From the NCBI GenBank assembly GCA_958009085.1, contig OY253672.1, positions 248,001-312,000 on the forward strand: a stretch of DNA of 64,000 bases. Reading direction: 5' to 3'. A model generated the notes under the pieces. The model had not been told where the DNA came from. It saw only the letters and a list, made by a program, of their open reading frames with translations, and made no database searches. Of the stretch, positions 52,775 to 64,000 are shown piece after piece (position 1 is the first letter of the stretch; each line of letters opens with the position of its first letter). Both the position numbers and the translations under genes were made by a program. Source of the stretch: Protoeuglena noctilucae. Lineage: Eukaryota.

Positions 52775-54118
52775 ATGAGCGTCGCTGCGCAATCCCCTCT
52801 CTGTGGCTCCAAGCGCCTAAGGAACAGCGGGGAACGCGCGTCTTTCGACGCCTCGGAGGAACCGCACTTCGGGAGAAGGTGAGAGGTTGCTCGGAGATGC
52901 CGTCCGTGCACCCATGCTCTCGCCGCCGAGGGCCGGCACGCAGAGCTAGGGTGTGCTTCGGGCGCGGGGTTCCCGTGCCGAGGCGGTGGTTCTTGGCGCA
53001 CGCTCAGCACCACATCTGGTGGAGAATTCGATCTGTGTTCTGATGCCGCTACGACATCGCCAACGAAACGCTGTGGCCCGCGTCGGCGTGCAGGGTTCGA
53101 CAAGCGCGCGGCGTCCAGCCCGCGGCAGGGCCCAGCGGTCACTTCTCAAACCCTTTCGAGCCTCTTGCGGGCCTGTCTGAGACGTTTTCTGCCCTGAAAG
53201 CCCTGTTCCCGACGATGGACGACCAGGTGCGGACAGCACGGGGCAGGCTGCGGGGCTGAGGGTGCGGGGCCCATGGCGCAGATCCCTGACGCGGCGCGTC
53301 GTCCGCTTTTCGCTGCAGGTCGTGTCCAAGGTTCTGGATGAGTGCGGGGAGAACATCGACCAGGCCATCAAGCGCCTGCACGAGCTGCAACTCCAGGATG
53401 CGGGGTCGGCCATGAGGGCGGAGGGGCAGGTCAGCATGCGCTCTGCGGGCGTTTGATTGCGGTGTCGAGGAACCGGCGGTCACCGTGTGCGCGGGAGGGC
53501 CGAGATCTGTGCCTTTGGTCCCCGCAGGCTGGCCCCAAGTCTGATGGGACGCCCGACACAGGCGCCGGGCCCTCCACGCCCCGGGAGGCGGTTCCGGAAG
53601 ATCAGCTCCGCGGCCCGCAGAGCGCCGAGGAGTGGATCGACGCACTGGTGACCGAGATGTCGGCGGCAGCGGACGTGCCGGACGCCCGGCAGCGGGCCGC
53701 GCGGGTGCTGCAGGCCTTCGAGTCTAGCACGCGGTCGCGGGTGGCGGAGGAATCGAGCAAGGAGATCGCCAACCTCCGCCGCGAGCTGTCGGACCAGCTG
53801 AGGGACAATGGCATCCTCAAGCGCGCCGTCACCATCCAAAACCAGCGCATCCAGGCAAGCTGAGCCGGCGTGCTGCTTTCGTGACATCGCCGGTACCGGA
53901 GTGCCGGGCCCGTCTCGAGAGCTCTCGTTGAGCTTCCCCGCATTTGTGCTGCGCAGGAGGCCCAGCACAAGGACCACGAGATGGCGCAGCTGCGGCATTT
54001 GCTGCAGAAGTACCAGGAGAAGCTGCAGACGCTGGAGATGTCCAACTATTCCCTGTCTGTGCACCTCCGCCATGCCTTCTCCCCCGCCCCGGACAGGCGC
54101 CCCCCGGACGTCTTCTGA
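52775..54118 (+). CDS. CUE/UBA-like domain protein of a plant-conserved family
   Basis: MSVAAQSPLCGSKR; LKALFPTMDDQVVSKVLDECGENIDQAIKRL; EWIDALVTEMSAA..DARQRAARVLQAFE; NGILKRAVTIQ; LEMSNYSLSVHL; PPDVF*. Confidence 0.85.
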
Positions 54119-54472
54119 TGTCCCGCAAGGGGCTCGTGCGCGTACGCCATCGCAGCCCGGCTCCTCCCCGCTTGCTTGCACGGCTTCCTAGCTCGTCGCT
54201 GTCACTGGGCTTTGTCCCACGTCCCACGCTGTGCGCTGGCCGCCAGAAAAATGATCTGGCAGCTTTATTTGAAGACCGCCGCCTCCGTGAGACCCGCAAC
54301 CACTTGCGATTGCTTGCTCGGAAAGGCCCGGACGCAGGGCATTGGAACCTGCCGCTCTCCGCGTGCCCCACCGCGAGGCAGTGACCGTGCGCCCGGGCGT
54401 GCTGCCTGAAGCCGAGGTTCTGGACGGATTGAATAGCAGCCGCAATAAGCTTTGGCATCCGCGTGTCTTGCC

Positions 54473-57400
54473 ATGTCGCTGAGGGGCCTGGTCACGGGGA
54501 CGGACGCCTGCACGACCGCCGACGCACCCGGCCCCTCCAATCCTCTCTCGCGCTTGGCCGGTGAGATATAGGACGCCCCTGGCCGGTCTGGCTGAGCGAG
54601 TGGAATGTCCGACCTGGTTGTTTTAGCGCGACGGCCAAGAACACGCGTTTGCCGCACACGCACTCAGATGCGCTGCTCAACTCGGTCGGTAAGGGCGGGA
54701 CCAGCGGCCAGGAACTTCCGCGACATGTGCGTCGTGAGGATGGCGCAAGCGGCTCACAGACGGGGCATGGGCTCCTCGCGCCAGGGCGGGGGCCGCAGGG
54801 ATTCGGGCCAGGGATCTCAGGTCCGTCCAGGGGGCGACGCTCGGCCTCGAGACTGTTCGCGTTGCATTTTTATTAGATCCAGGAAACGGTCGATTCATGG
54901 TGCCTGCCCTGCAGAAGCCGACGTGAGCGAATTTCTCCGCGGGCACGGCCCCGGGTTGGCGGGCGATGCCGCGCAGCGCGCTGCGTTCGAGGGCGCTTTC
55001 CAGGATGCATCCAGCAGCCGTCTTCATCTGCCGATGGCAGCCGACCCGCACCTGCGACTGGAGGCACACCTGGGCACCTTTCTGCGGGGCGGTCCAGTGG
55101 AGCAGGCCGGCCCGCTCCCTCACCCGCTCAACGTGGAGCAGCAGGTGAGGATCAGAATGGTTAGAGTCGTTGCTAACCATTCACGTCCTGCGCATGCGCC
55201 GGGAGCGACTGGCCGCTCTCCTTCGCGACCGCCCCCAGGTGCGCATCCGTGACCGCTGCACCATCCTCGCCAGGCACGTCTTCTCCTCGCGGGAAGCGGA
55301 CGAGAGGGTGTCCGACCTGCTGCGGTTTTTCGGCATCGACGCGGCGCGGCTGCCCATGCGGCTTCAGGCAAGCAGACCCGCGCGAGGCTGGGTGCGTGAT
55401 GCCATGCTGGGAGAACCGGTGGTCCCGAGACAGCAGCCCGCGAGCGGTGGCCGCAGAAGGAGTGGGAAGCCGCGTGGAATGGCGGGAGTCAGATGATGAC
55501 GGAGCCACCAGCGTGGGTTGACGACTTCCAGCGCCGCCTGCACATCAGCGCCAAGCAACCAGCAGCGCAGCAGGTGCGGCTCGGCAGTCGCAGGCGCAGT
55601 CGCAGCGCACGTGGTGGGAGATCGCAACAACAAGCTCAGTGGCTCGTTGCAGGGGCTGGACTGGGCCAGGGAGTTCGGTTCTGCGGCGCCCAGTGCTGCC
55701 ACGGCGGCCCCTGCGTCATGGGGAGAGGAGTTCGCCGCGGACGGTGCCCGGGACAGGCCGGCCGAGGCGTGGGCGCAGGACTTTGGGGAGCAGGAACGGG
55801 CGCGTGGCCGGGACAACCCCCCCAGCGTGGCCGCGTCCTCCGCCGCGCTGGCCCAGGCGCTGCTGTGAGGGCCACAGCTGCACCGCGCTGCCCTCCTGCA
55901 TGTAATATCGCATTGGCATCTCATCGTGCCTCCCCTGCCCTCGTCGCAGGTCCTCCGACGACCCCAAGATGCAGCAGTCGGTCTTTGCGTCGTTTGTGTC
56001 CAAGATGAGCCGAGGGGAGCTGTCCATTGAGGGGAACAGGGTGGTGGAGGGCGCTGTGGCCAGGCAGGGGGACGCGTGGGCGGGGGAGTTCGCTGAGGTA
56101 AGGAGCCCGGCGTTGCTTGCCCAGGCAGCGGCCGGCAGGGAGCGGGCCGGGCGTCACATGCTAACGGCACTGCTCCCGCAGACGCAGCGTTCCGGAGCCG
56201 AGGGTCGCTGGGCGGACTCGTGGCTGCGGGAGTTCGAGGGCGCCCCCCGCGCCCAGGCGGACCTGGGCCAGGCGGAGCTGGGCGTGTCGGGGGCAGACCT
56301 GGCGGCGTGGGTGGAGGACTTCCATCGGGCGGCGACCGAGGCCGGGGCGCCGGGGCAGCTGCAGGAGCTGCAGCGGGTGTGGGCGGAGCAGTTCGGGGGC
56401 GGGATGGCGCACGAGGACCCCTGGGCAGAGGAGTTCATGGCGGCTGGGGCCGGGGGGTACCGCTTCCATCCGGACAACCCCTTCGCCGGGGATACGCAGG
56501 CGCTGGAGCGAGGGCGAGCGCTGTTCGCGGAAGGCCTCCTCAGCGAGGTGGGTGGGATGCGCTGGGCATGCGCGCTGGGGATGCCTGGGCTGCATGGCTC
56601 CCTGCCGCCCCACGTGCCGCGCCTCATCTCTCGCTGCAGGCCGTGCTGGCCTTGGAGGCCGCCGTTCAGCAGGAGCCGGGGAACGCGGAGCGGTGGCGGC
56701 TGCTGGGCGCGGTGAATGCGGAGAACGACGACGACGGCCAGAGCATCGCGGCCATGCGCGAGGCCCTGCGCGCCGACCCGGCCAACCGGGAGGTGCTCAT
56801 GTCCCTGGGCGTGTCGCACACCAACGAGCTGCACGAGAGAGACGCCATTGGCTTCTTGCGCCGGTGGCTCGAGACGCACCCCACGTACAGGCGCGTGGAT
56901 GGAGCAGCGTGCAGCGTGCGAGGGTCGCATGTCCACTGCGCGTCTGTACCTTACGACGACCCGCGTTTCTTCCGCAGTTCCACCTCCCTGCCCACCCACG
57001 CCGACTCTGAGCCTGGGGCCCTCTCCCGGGCAACAGCGGAGGCCTTCGCAGCCCTGGCGCAGGCCCACCCCCACGACCCGGACCTCTTCATAGGTGAGAG
57101 GAGGGAGGATGCGGAATAGCTATGCTCCCAGTGCATGCGCCTGCCTCGTGTCTCATTACACTCGTTACCCCTCCCCCCAGCCACTGGCGTGCTGCACACG
57201 CTGCATCGGGACTATGACTCCTCCGTGGAGGCTTTCCGACGGGCCCTGGACCTGCGGCCCCACGACTATAGCCTGTGGAATAAGCTTGGCGCCACGCAGG
57301 TGCGTGGGTGGGGTACGGCACTCGGGAACGCCACGCATGTCATGTGTGGGGGCGAGAAGGGATGGACAGCATCGTTCGGCGATTTGTTCGCACAGCGGTG

Positions 57401-57968
57401 CTGGGCCACCTGTGCGCAGGCGAACGGGGGCCACAACGAGGAGGCCATCGCTGCGTACCGGGAAGCTCTGCGTCTGAAGCCCAACTACCTGCGTGCGTGG
57501 GTCAACATGGGCATTGCCCACGCCAACCTGGGCAAGTACGTCCAGGCGGCGGAGGTGTACCTGAGGGCCCTGGCCATGAACCCAGGGGCTGACCACGTGT
57601 GGAGTTACCTCCGCAACGCCCTCATCTGCGGGGCGCGGCACCACCTGGCGCCGGTCGCAGAGAAGCGGGACATCCCCGCACTGCAGGTAGGCACGCTCGA
57701 CTGGTGTGGAATGTGAAAGACTTGCTTTCACGTGGTCGGGCTGTGACCGCCGTGCTTGTGTCGCGCGGCTGCATGCGTGCTGCTATGATCCTCCCCGCAG
57801 GCGGCGTTGGCGCAGGAGGCGCAGCGCAGGGCGCAGCTGGCGGGACCCGTGGCTGGGCCGGCCATGCCGACGGAGGTCGCCGCGGATTACGTTTCCGGGT
57901 TCCTCCAGCAGCGAGGGGAGCTGCCTGCCACACAGGCGGGCGAGAGCGCGTTTGTGGGGACGGCATGA
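54473..57968 (+). CDS. PEX5: Peroxisomal targeting signal 1 receptor
   Basis: N-terminal conserved Cys (TDACT..SNPL); at least nine WxxxF motifs; PEX7-binding-like KMQQSVFASFVSKM; TPRs (LGVSHTNE, SLWNKLGATQAN, LKPNYLRAWVNMGI). Confidence 0.95.
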
Positions 57969-58062
57969 GTCAATAGCTAGCTTCGGACCTGAGACCTGTT
58001 CTCGCCACTTTCACGACTGTTTGTTCCAAACGAAGTCTGCCTGGCGCCTTCCATGGCCCTGT

Positions 58063-59973
58063 CTACTCTGCCCTATGCTCCGCGCCTGGACACTCCGTCC
58101 GGATCCTCTGCTTGCGCCTTTCTTCGCGCTCTTGCGGGCGCCCCCGCGACCCCTGGACGCCCCCATGGCTCTCAGCAGCTGAAAGGCGTTCTTCACGCTC
58201 CGCTCCTGCTCGCTCCCTGCTGCTACGCGTGGACCTGGGGGGTAGCACAGTCGACATGCATCGCAAGAGCGCCAGCTGCAGCAGCTAGAGACTGCACTGA
58301 CTGTCGGCACCATGCCTTTGTACCGACGAGACGACATGGCACTCCTCACCGTGGCCGTCCTGTGCGACCCCCAGGGTCCCTGCACCCTTGCAAGGAGCTG
58401 ACGGTTCAGGTGCTGCTTTCGACTCCTGCCCCGTCGCCCCCGGCCGCCCACTCGTGGTGGCAGCCCCTGGTGAAGCATCCTGCTGCCTTTCGCCCCGCTC
58501 CTGCCATGCCGTGCCCCAGGAGTCATCTGCGCCGTACGTATGCCCCCAGTCCGCACCCCACGACCTCTCCCACCCCAAGGGGTCCTCTTCCCAGCCCCCC
58601 TCAGCGTCTGTGCTCCCTTCCACCCGACTGCTCGTCGACTGGCTCCCAGAGTCCACCTCCCCCGTGCTTCTACCGCTCACAATATCGTCCTCCGAATCCC
58701 GCCCGCCCTCGTCTTCCTGCCCCGAAGGCCCCTCGTCCTCCTCAGAAAGCCCCTCGCAGTCGGACACCACCGCCACCGGCCGCGACGCCCTGGCCCTGTG
58801 CGACGCCCCAGCGAAACCCGCCCCCGTCGCAGCACGTGCGACGTCAGACACCGCGGCCTCGCCCTCACCGTCCCCGCCTGCGCCTTGCTCCCCCCCGCGG
58901 CGTGTCCTCTTTGCGCCACGTGTGCCTTTCCCTGCAAGCCCAGTCGCGAGCGCTTGATAAGAAGCGCCAGCTGTGATCATCATGCGAGGAAGTCACGTGA
59001 GCAAAGAGCAAAACCCACCTTTTGGTTTGGTCGCCCTGCACCGTCGCCGGCCCCGTCCCACGTCGATGACTTCAGCATCAAAGACAGAGGCCGCCGGTCG
59101 GCCCCACCGCTCCACCACGCCCCCGGAGCATGCCGCCGCGGGCTCCCCCGCCCGTGCCCTGCAGCCGCCTTTGCTGCCGTCGTCCCTGCGCCACTCCCCA
59201 TCGCCGGGACGCGGCCCATGTGCGGCACAGCGGGCGTGCGCGACGCCCCCGCGGGCTGCCGCTTCGACCCCCTCTCTCGTGGCACTCCACAGGCTGGCAC
59301 CAGTCACGACCCTCTCTGGCCCCGGCTCAGGGGGGCCCCAGCTGGCCTTGCCGCTGTGGACAGGTGCCACCGGTGCCTGGCTGGGTCTCTTGGGCGCACG
59401 CTCTCTGGACTCGACTGCGCAGGCGGAAGGTTGGCAAGGTGCCTGGCTAGGAAGACAGGCGCTGGCAAGGCACGGCCATGAGCCTCACAGCATTGCCGCT
59501 CTCACCTTGGGTGGTGAAGCGCTCCCAGACGTTCCGCACACCGATCTCCACGCCTCCACTCAACGGCTGCCTGCAGAGGGCGGGTGGATGTTTTGGATGA
59601 ACCGTAGGGGCACCTGCGCAGGTGCTGCCGTGCATCTGGCCACACAGCAGGGGCACCTGTTCTTCCCACTGAGTTGCTCGTAGGCCCACTGCAACGCCGA
59701 GAAGGCCTGGTGGGAATCCAGCCCGCTGGACCGCGCTTTGTCCGGGTGCAGCTTCACGACGAGTTGCTGCGGGCCATGCAGCGCAGGTTGCTAAGCCGCG
59801 TGGCGCGGCGCGACCTGCCGTGCGGTTCATGAGACCACAATGTCACTCGCCTTGTATCGCGCGCGGACATCGGTCGCCGTGGCGCCCCGTGCCAATCCGA
59901 GGACCGTGAACGGGTCCTTCCCCGCCTGCAGGACCCGCTGGATTTCACCGGCGAGTCCCACACCGTCGGTCAT
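58063..59973 (-). CDS. J-domain (DnaJ) protein with long low-complexity acidic C-terminus
   Basis: Spliced DPFTVLGLARGATATDVRARYK|QLVVKLHPDK..AFSALQWAYEQL; 3' end uncertain (58011-58285). Confidence 0.78.
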
Positions 59974-60702
59974 CTCTAGCGAGCGTCTTCACCGTCTTCC
60001 CTTTCCAGTCGCCTCGGGGATTCAGCAGGGCAGCGATGGTTCCATGGACCTGTGCGGCAACAGCGATAGCGAGGAGGCTCCATGCATGACTGGATGAGTA
60101 GAGGAAGAATGAAAGAATTTGTGTAAAGCCTGCCAAGCCGTACAGGTGCGAGTTTTGGCGGCTTGAGCGTGCGACAGTCTCTGGCTGTTTAAAAGGCCAA
60201 AGATGAAAGTTTGTTACCCGCGAGCCCCGCGACATGCACGACGCGTGACAGGCACGTCTGTAGCTTGCTGCGAAATAATCTGCATGCGCACCGGCGCTGC
60301 TGCCATGGGTTGTCCCACACGTAGTGGCGGGCCCTGATTTCCGCCCCTAGAGGTGAGCGGGCGAGTGCTTTGACGTGCTTAGCGATCGCAGTACGATGTA
60401 TAGAACATCCTCGTGTAGAGCGCCGTGTGGTTCGCTCCAGCGGCAGTGCGCCACGGTTTCTTCAAAACCGAACGGCCTTGACGCGCGGCTCGCTCCATCG
60501 CTCTCCCTCCCTGGTGTTGCTGAACACGCGCCTCTGTGCCTCGCAGATAAGCAGAGTCGGGCCCGATGACGAAGAAGGGCCCACGCGGCAAGGCGCCGCG
60601 TAATGCGCCAGCAGGGGACGTCTCGAGGCCCTTGCTGCGCAGCAAGGGCGCAACGGTGCGTAATTCGCGGTGGCCGTCCCGCTCAGTGCGTTCTTTGACA
60701 CC

Positions 60703-63700
60703 ATGATCACATGCGCACCCCCCTCCGGCGCCCTCTGTCGCAGAAGGACGATGCCTCAGCCACGCTGCCCCAGTCGACCCTTAAGGGACCCCTTGTCGCT
60801 CCGGGCCCCGATCTGGCTGCCGCGGCGTCGCCCCCGGCGAGGACGGCGAACAAGGCCGAGGATGGGGCCGTGGGCACGGAGCCCATGGACCACGCCCTGC
60901 CTCTGAACCCACGCCTCGCTGGGCCCTTCCCCACGGCCGTCCCTCGCTTGGCGCTCGACATGGCCGACGCGATGACCCCCGAGCTCCGCAGCGACGCTGT
61001 GTCCGTCGAGGGGCACCGCGTGGTGCGCGGGGAAGCGAGGGAGGCACTCCAAGGGGCGGAGGGGCTGGGTGTTGACACAAAGGGTGGCCGTGGCACCAAG
61101 CGCCCAAACGGGGCAGCACTGGAAGTGTCGGGGGCTGAGGGAGGGGCGGGGAAGAGGGCATGGGGGACGCGCGAGGGCAAAGGAGAGGGCGGCTCTGGCG
61201 ACGTCGAGAAGGGCCTGGAAAGAGTGAACGACACCGCAACGGGCGCACCTGCACCGGGTCAAGACGGCACCGTCACAGCTGCAGATGCCTTGCCTGCTTT
61301 GGAATGGGGTGCTGAGGGGAAGGCAGAGTCGGGGGGCGAGGGCGTGGGGAGCGACGAGGGGGAGGCGGGGGACGAGGGCGCGCTGTGGCGTGCGGCCACG
61401 CTGTCTCTGTCGGCACTGGTGGGCGGTGCAGGCGCGGTGGGCGTGAACGAAGCTGCGTGGCAAGGGTGAGCGACCAGCTCCACAGGCTATGTGTCTGCGC
61501 GCGACCTCGGCTGCGGGAGCGCCAGGTCCTGTCCCCGCCCAGTAGCCCTATTGGTTTCTAACTGCTCAAGTTGTCGACCCGCAGGGCTTTGGAGGAGCAG
61601 CGGCGCCGAGTGCGCAGCGTTTGGCGGCGGTGGGAGCTGGGGCGGTCGGGGGGCTTTGGGTGCGTGGCTGCGGAGCCTTTGGGCGGTCTGCGCGGCGAGG
61701 TGCGCGCTCTCATGGAGGCGTACAACCGCATGGTGGCGTCGCGGGAGACGCGGAGTGCGTGGAGGGAGGTGGACGCTGCGTTCATCGCCCCGGAGTGGCT
61801 GGTAGGCCGCACCATCAAGGTCAAGGCGAGGGCTGCAAGAGCAGTCAAACATCACTCATCTCGCTTAGGGTTGCTGAGTGCGTGACAGGTGCATGACAGC
61901 AGCACCCTCCCTCGCCGCAGTTTATGGGGGAAGGAGGTGCTGCGAGCGGGGACGGCCGCAACGCCAACCTTCGCTACTCGTGGTTCGAGGCCAGGGTGGT
62001 GGGGTACGACCCCGCGTGCCTCATGCACACGGTGCTGTACGCGGACGGCACCCTCAGCGTGGCGTGCTTCCTGTTGGACGGCCTGGCCATCCAGCTGCAC
62101 CTGGGGGAGGTGGTGCCGGGTGAGGGAGGGGGACACAGCGTGGCTGGGCTCTGCGTTGGCATACGCATGAGGTTGTGCCATGGCAGTGAGAAGGTCTGGT
62201 GGGTGAAGCAGTCGTCGCCGATGGCATGCAAATGAGTCCTCTCTTGAGCCGCAGAGCCGGACGCCTCGACGCTGCGAGCCTCGGCGGCGCTGCTGCGGCA
62301 CTCCGCGGAGGTGGCGGGGCGGTTCGCTGCGTGGCGTGCAGCAGAGGGGGAGGGCGAGGACTCCGGGGCGTTCCCCAGCGCAGACTTGGACATGCAGGGG
62401 TTCACGGGTGAGGCATGGGTGTCCACACAGCCCTTGGAGGTGGGGCAGCAAACAGAGATACAAGGACATGGCGTGATGGGACAGATGCAGAGACGGGGCT
62501 GCGGTCTCTACGGCACTCGGATGTCGTCCCTTCCTCTGCCTACATCGTCCCTGTGCCGTCCCCACACTCGCTGCACCTTACCGCTGCAGTGCGTCGGCAC
62601 GCCGACTTCGCCACGTCCGTCGCGGCCCTGCGCGTGGCCCTGGGAGAGGTCCAGAGGGGCGCGGAGGGCGACGCGCTGCGGGCAGCGTGGGCAGCGGTGC
62701 TGCATCCCCCAGAGCAGCGGTCGGTGCGGTGCAGCTTCGGGGGGGAAGCGGGGGCCGGGCGCAGGGCGCGGGGTGGCGCGGGGCGTGCGGCGGTGGAGCG
62801 GCAGGTGAAGGAGATGGTGGCGGGGCTGGTGGACGAGGCGGGGGGCGCGAGGGCGGTCGCGGATCTGCAGGCGCGTGCGACGTGGCTGGCGGGCGTGGCA
62901 GGGCAGCTGGACGCGGGCGCGTCGCTGGCGGAGGCGACGTATGCGCCTGAGATAATAGCTAAGGGGCTGGCATGCGCGGAGGAGGTGGTGTGGGCGCGGG
63001 CGGCAGAGGGGGTGCCGTGGGTGGCGGCGCTGGTGGGGACCTGGGAGGACCTGGCCCGGTGGGGCGGGGGGGCGCAGCGGCACGGCCCGGCGGACCGGGT
63101 GGCGGTGCAGGCGTTTGCCGGGGAGGAGTCCGACTGTGCGTGGGTGGCGGCCGTGGCAGTGCGACCCTTCCCCGCGGGTCTCAGGGAGGGCCTGGCGTCG
63201 AGCTTGGCGCCGTCCAGTTTGGGCCGGGTGCGGGAGTATCTGGAGGAGGACGCGCTGCCGGACATGATGCGGCTGCAGGACAACACGGGGTGGTACGTGG
63301 AGGGCACGTCGCAGGGGGAAGCGGTCCGGCGCAGTGACCCGCGGTGGGCGGCGGGGGTGCCGGAGGGGGGGTTGCAGGTGAGACGCGCCGCGAAGAGCAC
63401 TGCGGGTGTTTGTGAGGGACTCTCTTTGAGGGAAGAGCCAGGTGGTCGTGGACTGTTCCTCAGGATTTGTCGGTCATTACGCTTCCATTGCCCTCCCCCC
63501 GTGTCCCTCAGGTGGCCCCCGGTTTCTTCCTAGAGAGCGTCGGGTCGGTGGAGTACTGGGACCTGCGATACCACACGGAGAGGGACGTGTACCCTATAGG
63601 CTACGCCATGCGCACCACAGTCCAGCGGAGCAAGGGCAGGGAGCCTGAAGAGTTCCGCTGCAGCATCCGGGCCTCCCCCACGGGGCCGGAGTTTGTCGTG

Positions 63701-64000
63701 GCAGCAACGGGGCGCGCCAAGGGCCGGGAGTTTGCGGGCGGGAAGGTCACGCTGGCGTGGGCGGCGGCCATGGGCGAGGGACTGTCGCCGGCGCAGAGGC
63801 GCGCGCTGCCCAAGAAGTGCGGGCAGGACATGTTCGGCCTGCGAATCGGTGAGGAAGCGGGGTAGCATGCTTGCTTATGCGTGGATGCCCATGGCAGCAT
63901 GCCTGCGGCAGCTGCGGGCGTGACACTGTTGCTGCTGACACCTGTTGCTGCCAAGCAACTGCGTGACCCAGCGGACGCGTCTCTGTTCCGCAGACGCCGT
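60703..64000 (+). CDS. Chromatin protein with Tudor-like, PWWP-like and FYRN/FYRC domains (ATX/Trithorax-like N-terminal half); runs off the window
   Basis: LVGRTIKVK..WFEARVVGYD..HTVLYADG (Tudor); VVWARAAEGVPWVAALV..VQAF..CAWV (PWWP-like); LESVGSV..YHTERDVYPIGY..FRCSI..PEFVV..AW..GQDMFGL (FYR); start uncertain. Confidence 0.7.

Overview
GC-rich, very compact eukaryotic nuclear DNA, most likely a green alga (chlorophyte-type gene content, short introns of mostly 65-130 nt). I can reconstruct about 25 intron-containing protein genes: YqeH/BPG2-type GTPase, PrmA, RPB10, SRPBCC cyclase, COQ5, SUVR3-like SET, a SAM methyltransferase, POT1, a full-size EGF-domain ABCG transporter, UFC1, FIP1, SurE, mitoferrin, CobW, RFC1, a CASTOR/POLLUX-like channel, a DnaJ-type Zn-finger protein, an LSMT-like SET, a beta-helix protein, FtsH/YME1, NDUFV2, a CUE-like protein, PEX5, a J-domain protein and an ATX-like chromatin gene. 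I saw no tRNA, rRNA, CRISPR array or transposase. The unusual signals are in gene architecture. (1) About 28 of roughly 140 introns I could trace by hand (~20%) appear to use a non-canonical GC donor, nearly always AG|GC(G/A)AG. (2) RPB10 and PrmA are on the same strand with only 9 nt between stop and start, a candidate bicistronic locus. (3) Gene orientation almost strictly alternates, with convergent stop codons as close as 8 nt. (4) There is a probable 5-nt micro-exon and a duplicated splice donor. Gene coordinates are start-to-stop spans including introns, derived by eye; no database searches were run.
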